From: a virus
Strand: one strand, 5' to 3'
Length of the DNA: 64,000 nt
IMG/VR virus record: IMGVR_UViG_3300028394_000037
Position 1 is the stretch's first letter; each line of letters opens with the position of its first letter. This document shows positions 60,259 through 64,000 of this stretch, in pieces. Position numbers and translations under genes: made by a program. The notes under the pieces were generated by a model. It saw nothing but the letters and a program-made list of their open reading frames with translations, was not told the origin of the DNA and searched no databases.

Positions 60259-60384
60259 TTATCGTGTCAACGCATTATATATCAGAGCAAAACAAAAACC
60301 AATAACCATAAAAAATGGTCGTGGATATCTGATTATCCATCCGACCAGCAATACTCTCCAAAAATTCCAATAGGGGGTTTTCAT
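60259..60384 (-). CDS. 41-aa membrane peptide (MKTPYWNFWRVLLVGWIIRYPRPFFMVIGFCFALIYNALTR)
   Basis: Hand-translated; two hydrophobic segments separated by RYPRP. Confidence 0.6.
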   Translation of the reverse strand: MKTPYWNFWRVLLVGWIIRYPRPFFMVIGFCFALIYNALTR

Positions 60385-60536
60385 AATAAAATTTGGCGAA
60401 AATTTTTTTTATTTCAAGTGATATTGAGAGCTCGTTTTGTCACCTCTGTAGGTTAGGAAGGACCCTTTTTTTATATATGGACGGCATCGCCCACCAATAA
60501 CAATTAAACAACATAACATAATACTGTCCATACACG

Positions 60537-60572
60537 AACAGTGATTGAACGAATAACTAATCAATCACTGTT
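60537..60572. repeat. 12-bp perfect inverted repeat (probable terminator/hairpin)
   Basis: AACAGTGATTGA-12 nt-TCAATCACTGTT just downstream of the 60601..60768 gene. Confidence 0.75.
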
Positions 60573-60600
60573 GTTTAATTGTAAGAGAACGAACAAGTGA

Positions 60601-60768
60601 TTACCAACGAACTGAGAGATCTTCTACGTAACTATCTACGTGTTCATTTGATTCAAGGTTAAAGAGTTTATTCCAATTAATATCACGAGGATTAAAGTCT
60701 TCAAGAACATCAAGTTCCAGAGTAACACGATACTTATGCTTTTGAGTTGACAGATACGAATTGACCAT
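60601..60768 (-). CDS. 55-aa hypothetical early protein (MVNSYLSTQKHKYRVTLELDVLEDFNPRDINWNKLF...)
   Basis: GGGAGG SD, own consensus sigma70 promoter. Confidence 0.8.
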   Translation of the reverse strand: MVNSYLSTQKHKYRVTLELDVLEDFNPRDINWNKLFNLESNEHVDSYVEDLSVRW

Positions 60769-60804
60769 AAGAAACCTCCCAGTAAAACAGAATGAACTTC
60801 TTTG

Positions 60805-60833
60805 ATTATAGACCATAACAAACGAACTGTCAA
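60805..60833 (-). promoter_or_regulatory. Consensus sigma70 promoter
   Basis: TTGACA-17 nt-TATAAT, perfect. Confidence 0.85.
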
Positions 60834-60931
60834 TATACGAATATAACAAATCCACCCTTATCTGATACACTTCAAAAAGGGTTAGTAAGTACGAGCTATG
60901 TATTATAACAATCAATCAACGTATCAAGTGT

Positions 60932-61081
60932 TTCTGAGTATGCTGCTCAACGATTTTGTTATGCCGGAGACCGTGTTCAAACTCCCTCTTGTATGATATA
61001 GGTTATCTGCTTCATTCTGTCAGATTGTTACCTCTTGGTCCCGTAGGAGAGTTCAAGTGCTGCTCAAACGAATGAGTTAGA
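60932..61081 (-). ncRNA. Candidate structured non-coding RNA with pseudoknot
   Basis: Late promoter TATAAATA 61087-61094; no ORF; stems GAACUCUC/GGGAGUUU, AGGU..AUCUG/CAGAU.ACCU and crossing GGGACC/GGUCUC; flanked by two UUGAGCAGCA. Confidence 0.5.
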
Positions 61082-61104
61082 TGTTTTATTTATACAAGTA
61101 AACG

Positions 61105-61350
61105 AAATCCACAGGTTTATATAAGTTTTCCACAGGACGAATCTTATAAACTATTGCAAACACTCAGATAATTATAAAATCTGTGGAAAACTTATATGTG
61201 TGAACTCTGACAGTCCCTCAGGGGGTATTGACATTATGCGGCGAGTGTGTTATGATACGCAGTCTAAGATAACAACATAAACAGACATAAAAAGAATAAT
61301 AACACTATCGAAACTCAGAGATACATAAGTTTTCCACAGACCTGTTGAAT
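61105..61350. promoter_or_regulatory. Cluster of TTTTCCACA (cyanobacterial DnaA-box-like) sites, putative origin
   Basis: TTTTCCACA at 61126-61134 (+), 61182-61190 (-), 61330-61338 (+), each within ATAAGTTTTCCACAG; degenerate copies at 61105-61113 and ~61343-61351. Confidence 0.6.
61228..61256 (+). promoter_or_regulatory. Strong sigma70 promoter pointing against the gene flow
   Basis: TTGACA-17 nt-TATGAT; no downstream plus-strand ORF. Confidence 0.75.
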
Positions 61351-61418
61351 ACTCAATACATTAAATATAACATTATCATTATATTACATTATAATAGTAC
61401 ATACAAACACATATACAA

Positions 61419-61610
61419 TTAATTCATCCGAGTTAATTGATTACGAATATCAAACACTTCCATATCATCCATATCAATCATATCCATATCAACTGTTTCA
61501 AACTCATTCAGATTAACTATTCCATTCTCATACAATGGAGCATATGTAAGTTCATTGTATTCATCAAGTGAGAATACACAACCGTATCCTTCTTTGTAGA
61601 TCATATTCAT
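61419..61610 (-). CDS. Small acidic early hypothetical protein
   Basis: YGCVFSL...ELTYAPLYENG; overlaps upstream stop. Confidence 0.65.
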   Translation of the reverse strand: MNMIYKEGYGCVFSLDEYNELTYAPLYENGIVNLNEFETVDMDMIDMDDMEVFDIRNQLTRMN

Positions 61611-61822
61611 TTAGTGTGCTCCAGTTCTTGTTTGATTTGTTTGAGATTCATTCCTGCCCAAAGATCAAGGGCAATATCTGCTTTTTGAATTGCAGTCCAA
61701 AGTTTAGGATGATCTCTCCAATCTACAACATCCTCATCAATTGCTATAAGCAAATCAAGAATACAGATTTTATAGAGTTTTTCTGTTTCAGTCATTTGTT
61801 GATCTAATTGATCGTTAGTCAT
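61607..61822 (-). CDS. Hypothetical protein
   Basis: Translationally coupled on both sides. Confidence 0.65.
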   Translation of the reverse strand: MTNDQLDQQMTETEKLYKICILDLLIAIDEDVVDWRDHPKLWTAIQKADIALDLWAGMNLKQIKQELEHTK

Positions 61823-61998
61823 TAGAAGCGAATGATAGGGTGGTCTACATCAAGCACCTGACATTCTTCAGTTGCGAATACAAACTCTACATTGAGTTGA
61901 TAATACTCATCTGTGTCAGTGTCATAAACAGCAACATCAGAGTTCAGTTGTTCTTCGTTGAGTTTTTGAAGTTCAGAAAGAAGTTCTTTGTAAGTCAT
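61822..61998 (-). CDS. 58-aa hypothetical protein (MTYKELLSELQKLNEEQLNSDVAVYD...DVDHPIIRF)
   Basis: Hand-translated; ATGA/TAATG overlaps with both neighbours. Confidence 0.75.
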   Translation of the reverse strand: MTYKELLSELQKLNEEQLNSDVAVYDTDTDEYYQLNVEFVFATEECQVLDVDHPIIRF

Positions 61999-62204
61999 TT
62001 GATAGTAATGGTTTGATTTTTAATTTGACAAATACGAGAAAGATTATTACCAGCAAGAGCAACTTGAATGAAACTATAATTACTATTACATTCTTGATTA
62101 AGTGCTTGTTGTGTTACGATTACACGACTCACATCAACAATAGAAGCAACTAAAAGAATAACACATCCAACAATAGTAAGAATTTGAGTGGGATTGTTTT
62201 TCAT
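61995..62204 (-). CDS. Small membrane-anchored hypothetical protein
   Basis: N-terminal hydrophobic helix ILTIVGCVILLVASIV, two further Cys. Confidence 0.65.
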   Translation of the reverse strand: MKNNPTQILTIVGCVILLVASIVDVSRVIVTQQALNQECNSNYSFIQVALAGNNLSRICQIKNQTITIK

Positions 62205-62209
62205 TTGAT

Positions 62210-62350
62210 TTACTTTGATGAAATTAGTTTGGCAGGTGAACCACAAGAGCGATAGAAAATTACCATTCTTTGTGCTTCATCAAGTGTAGGAAATGTTTGG
62301 ATTCTCCATTCACAATTGTTGTAAGGAACCTGATAAGTGATTTGATACAT
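62210..62350 (-). CDS. 46-aa hypothetical protein (MYQITYQVPYNNCEWRIQTFPTLDEAQRMVIFYRSCGSPAKLISSK)
   Basis: Hand-translated; AAGGAG SD upstream; fills gap. Confidence 0.7.
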   Translation of the reverse strand: MYQITYQVPYNNCEWRIQTFPTLDEAQRMVIFYRSCGSPAKLISSK

Positions 62351-62355
62351 TTGAT

Positions 62356-62688
62356 TCAAGCTCCTTGAAGTTCTTTGATGATTGCATCTGCCTTAAGTGC
62401 TAGAGTATCTACTTTCTTCTTTGCAGGTAAGATTACATTTGCCTCAGGAACAACGTTGTTTGTATCTACTTGGGAATTAGTACCCATTGGGGCATTGGAT
62501 TGTATTGTAGAAGGTGTGAGAGAGTTTAGAACACGTTCTGCCCTTTCTTTCAGCATATCTTCTTTCTTCTTCTTATTCCGAATTGCAAGTTGTTGATTTG
62601 GTGTCATCACTCTACCTTGTGCTTGTAGTTCAGCAATACGTGCCCAACGTTCTTGTTTTTGTTCTTCAGTCTTAGTGATGTTGTTCAT
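62356..62688 (-). CDS. Hypothetical early protein
   Basis: First ORF downstream of repeated promoter unit. Confidence 0.7.
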   Translation of the reverse strand: MNNITKTEEQKQERWARIAELQAQGRVMTPNQQLAIRNKKKKEDMLKERAERVLNSLTPSTIQSNAPMGTNSQVDTNNVVPEANVILPAKKKVDTLALKADAIIKELQGA

Positions 62689-62712
62689 TTTGTTTTGGAT
62701 TGTCTGTTTGAC

Positions 62713-62784
62713 TGATTACTTCGTAATCATAGCACGGAAAAGGGGTCTCTGCTCATTTATTGTGCCAGTGCTACAACTGGCACA
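62713..62784 (-). promoter_or_regulatory. Repeated early promoter unit, copy 1
   Basis: TGTGCCAGT-6-ACTGGCACA palindrome, conserved spacer, extended -10 TGCTATGAT. Confidence 0.8.
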
Positions 62785-62833
62785 TCGTATCATTGGACTC
62801 ATGTGAGACAGATTATACTATGCACCGCATGAT

Positions 62834-63031
62834 TTAAGCAAATACAGAAACTAATGGGTTGAATTTGTAACCATAGTTACCTTCAACTGCTTCATATACA
62901 ACTACCTTCTCACCATTACATTCAACACTCCAATCAAGTGCATTTTCCTTTGCATCATCAACATTATCATACCACTCGGCATCAGACAAATCAAAAGAAA
63001 CAGGACAACAAACAAAAGCAGTTTCAGTCAT
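62834..63031 (-). CDS. Small acidic early hypothetical protein
   Basis: AAGGAGA SD; downstream of promoter unit copy 2. Confidence 0.7.
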   Translation of the reverse strand: MTETAFVCCPVSFDLSDAEWYDNVDDAKENALDWSVECNGEKVVVYEAVEGNYGYKFNPLVSVFA

Positions 63032-63051
63032 TAGGTCTCTCCTTTGGTTTC

Positions 63052-63122
63052 GATTACTCCGTAATCATAGCACGGAAAAGGGGTCTCTGCTCATTGATTG
63101 TGCCAGTACGATTAGTGGCACA
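63052..63122 (-). promoter_or_regulatory. Repeated early promoter unit, copy 2
   Basis: 36 nt identical to copy 1 (CGTAATCATAGCACGGAAAAGGGGTCTCTGCTCATT) plus TGTGCCA-10-TGGCACA. Confidence 0.8.
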
Positions 63123-63129
63123 AGGGATC

Positions 63130-63495
63130 TTAATTCTTTCTCACAAATACATATCCATTGGTGAAGTATAAGTTTTTTTCTTCTTCAATCTCTTCCCAAC
63201 TTAATTCACAATCGTTTTCTTCGTTGTATATTTCTATAAACTCTTCTTCATCATCAAATGCTCCTAAAAAATATAGGTCAAAGCATTTTAAATCATTCAA
63301 ATCAAATCTATTCAGAAACTCTGAAAGTGCCCCAAGTCCGTGATTATACTCAATCTCGGCAAAATCTTTCCAATACTTATCAATATTATCTTTTACATTG
63401 AATTCATTGCAATATTCACTTACAAAATCATCAAAAATATCAGTTTGCTCTTCTTTTATTTGATACTCTTCAATTAAAGTTTTCAAGGATTTCAT
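63130..63495 (-). CDS. Highly acidic protein, ArdA-like antirestriction / DNA-mimic candidate
   Basis: D/E-rich; FDLYFLGAFDDEEEFIE...SWEEI...NGYVF resembles the ArdA C-terminal pattern. Confidence 0.5.
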   Translation of the reverse strand: MKSLKTLIEEYQIKEEQTDIFDDFVSEYCNEFNVKDNIDKYWKDFAEIEYNHGLGALSEFLNRFDLNDLKCFDLYFLGAFDDEEEFIEIYNEENDCELSWEEIEEEKNLYFTNGYVFVRKN

Positions 63496-63505
63496 AATTA
63501 ATTTG

Positions 63506-63670
63506 TTAGGTGAGGTTGTTAATGTACTTTCGTAGTAAATGTCTTCCCTTTTCTAAGGGATAATTCTTATCTAAAACAAGAATTAATTCTTCAATCAAAT
63601 CGGAATATGCGATTGGCATTCTTAAATGTTTTGTATCGCCCGAGTTCTTGTATTTTGGCTGAAATACCAT
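63506..63670 (-). CDS. 54-aa protein, possible ribbon-helix-helix regulator (MVFQPKYKNSGDTKHLRMPIAYSDLIEELILVLDK...)
   Basis: Hand-translated; TKHLRMP strand followed by amphipathic helices. Confidence 0.55.
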   Translation of the reverse strand: MVFQPKYKNSGDTKHLRMPIAYSDLIEELILVLDKNYPLEKGRHLLRKYINNLT

Positions 63671-63692
63671 AGTTCTATATGTAACACATATA

Positions 63693-64000
63693 TTATGTAG
63701 TAACTATCTCACCTTGAACAAACACAACATCTACAAGTCCTTGAATCTTTTTTGCAATCTGATCACCATATCCATTAGAAACTGGAATGATAATCTTACC
63801 ATATGGCTTCTTGTAAAACTCAAACTGTCCAGGTTGTAGTTGTTTGTTTTGTATTGCACTCCGATCTTCTTGCGATACTCGTATCACTCTACCAATCGTT
63901 TGAAGCATCTCAATCGTAGGAAGATTACGCAACATAATACAATGCGTCAGTCCAGGCACATTGATACCCTCAGACAAAATAGAATAATGAAACACAATCA
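63693..64000 (-). CDS. C-terminus of an SF2 (DEAD/ResIII-like) helicase, truncated by window edge
   Basis: ILSEGINVP (motif V), QTIGRVIR (motif VI). Confidence 0.85.
   Translation of the reverse strand, partial: IVFHYSILSEGINVPGLTHCIMLRNLPTIEMLQTIGRVIRVSQEDRSAIQNKQLQPGQFEFYKKPYGKIIIPVSNGYGDQIAKKIQGLVDVVFVQGEIVTT

Noticed and set aside
60932-61081. Hammerhead, HDV-like ribozyme or tRNA/tmRNA identity for the structured RNA
   Set aside because: No CUGANGA/GAAA core in proper context, no HDV P1.1/P4 arrangement, no T-loop or CCA acceptor
62713-63122. CRISPR-like direct repeats
   Set aside because: Only two copies, ~340 bp apart with a gene between, and they contain a -10 box; promoter repeats explain them
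657-63343. All plus-strand ORFs in the six-frame track and short alternative-frame minus ORFs inside core genes
   Set aside because: They are shadows of well-supported minus-strand genes, lack SD/motifs and have atypical composition
63693-64000. Type III restriction or defence system
   Set aside because: Only the helicase C-terminus is visible, with no nuclease domain or adjacent Mod subunit in the window

Overview
AT-rich segment of a T4-like (Kyanoviridae-type) cyanomyophage genome; essentially all real genes lie on the minus strand. In transcription order (right to left): (i) an early-type region of small accessory ORFs with host-like sigma70 promoters and repeated palindromic operator/promoter units (~61.4-64 kb); (ii) a ~1 kb largely non-coding control region (~60.4-61.4 kb) with cyanobacterial-type DnaA boxes, ten co-oriented ACGAA pentamers, strong sigma70 promoters and a candidate late-promoter-driven pseudoknotted RNA whose hairpin loop is complementary to the 5' end of the next early mRNA; (iii) the virion module gp25-gp6-gp7-gp8-large baseplate protein-gp13-gp14-gp15-gp16-gp17-gp18-gp19-gp20-gp21-gp22-gp23-gp3; (iv) the recombination/replication module uvsY-uvsW-gp55-gp47-gp46-gp45-gp44-(HTH/nuclease/Dam cassette)-gp62-regA-hsp20-gp43-uvsX-gp41-mazG. 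Several small ORFs below the ORF-track cutoff were read by hand, including an NblA-like 57-aa protein. No tRNA, rRNA, CRISPR array, intron or intein was recognised. All family assignments come from motif recognition and synteny, not from database searches.
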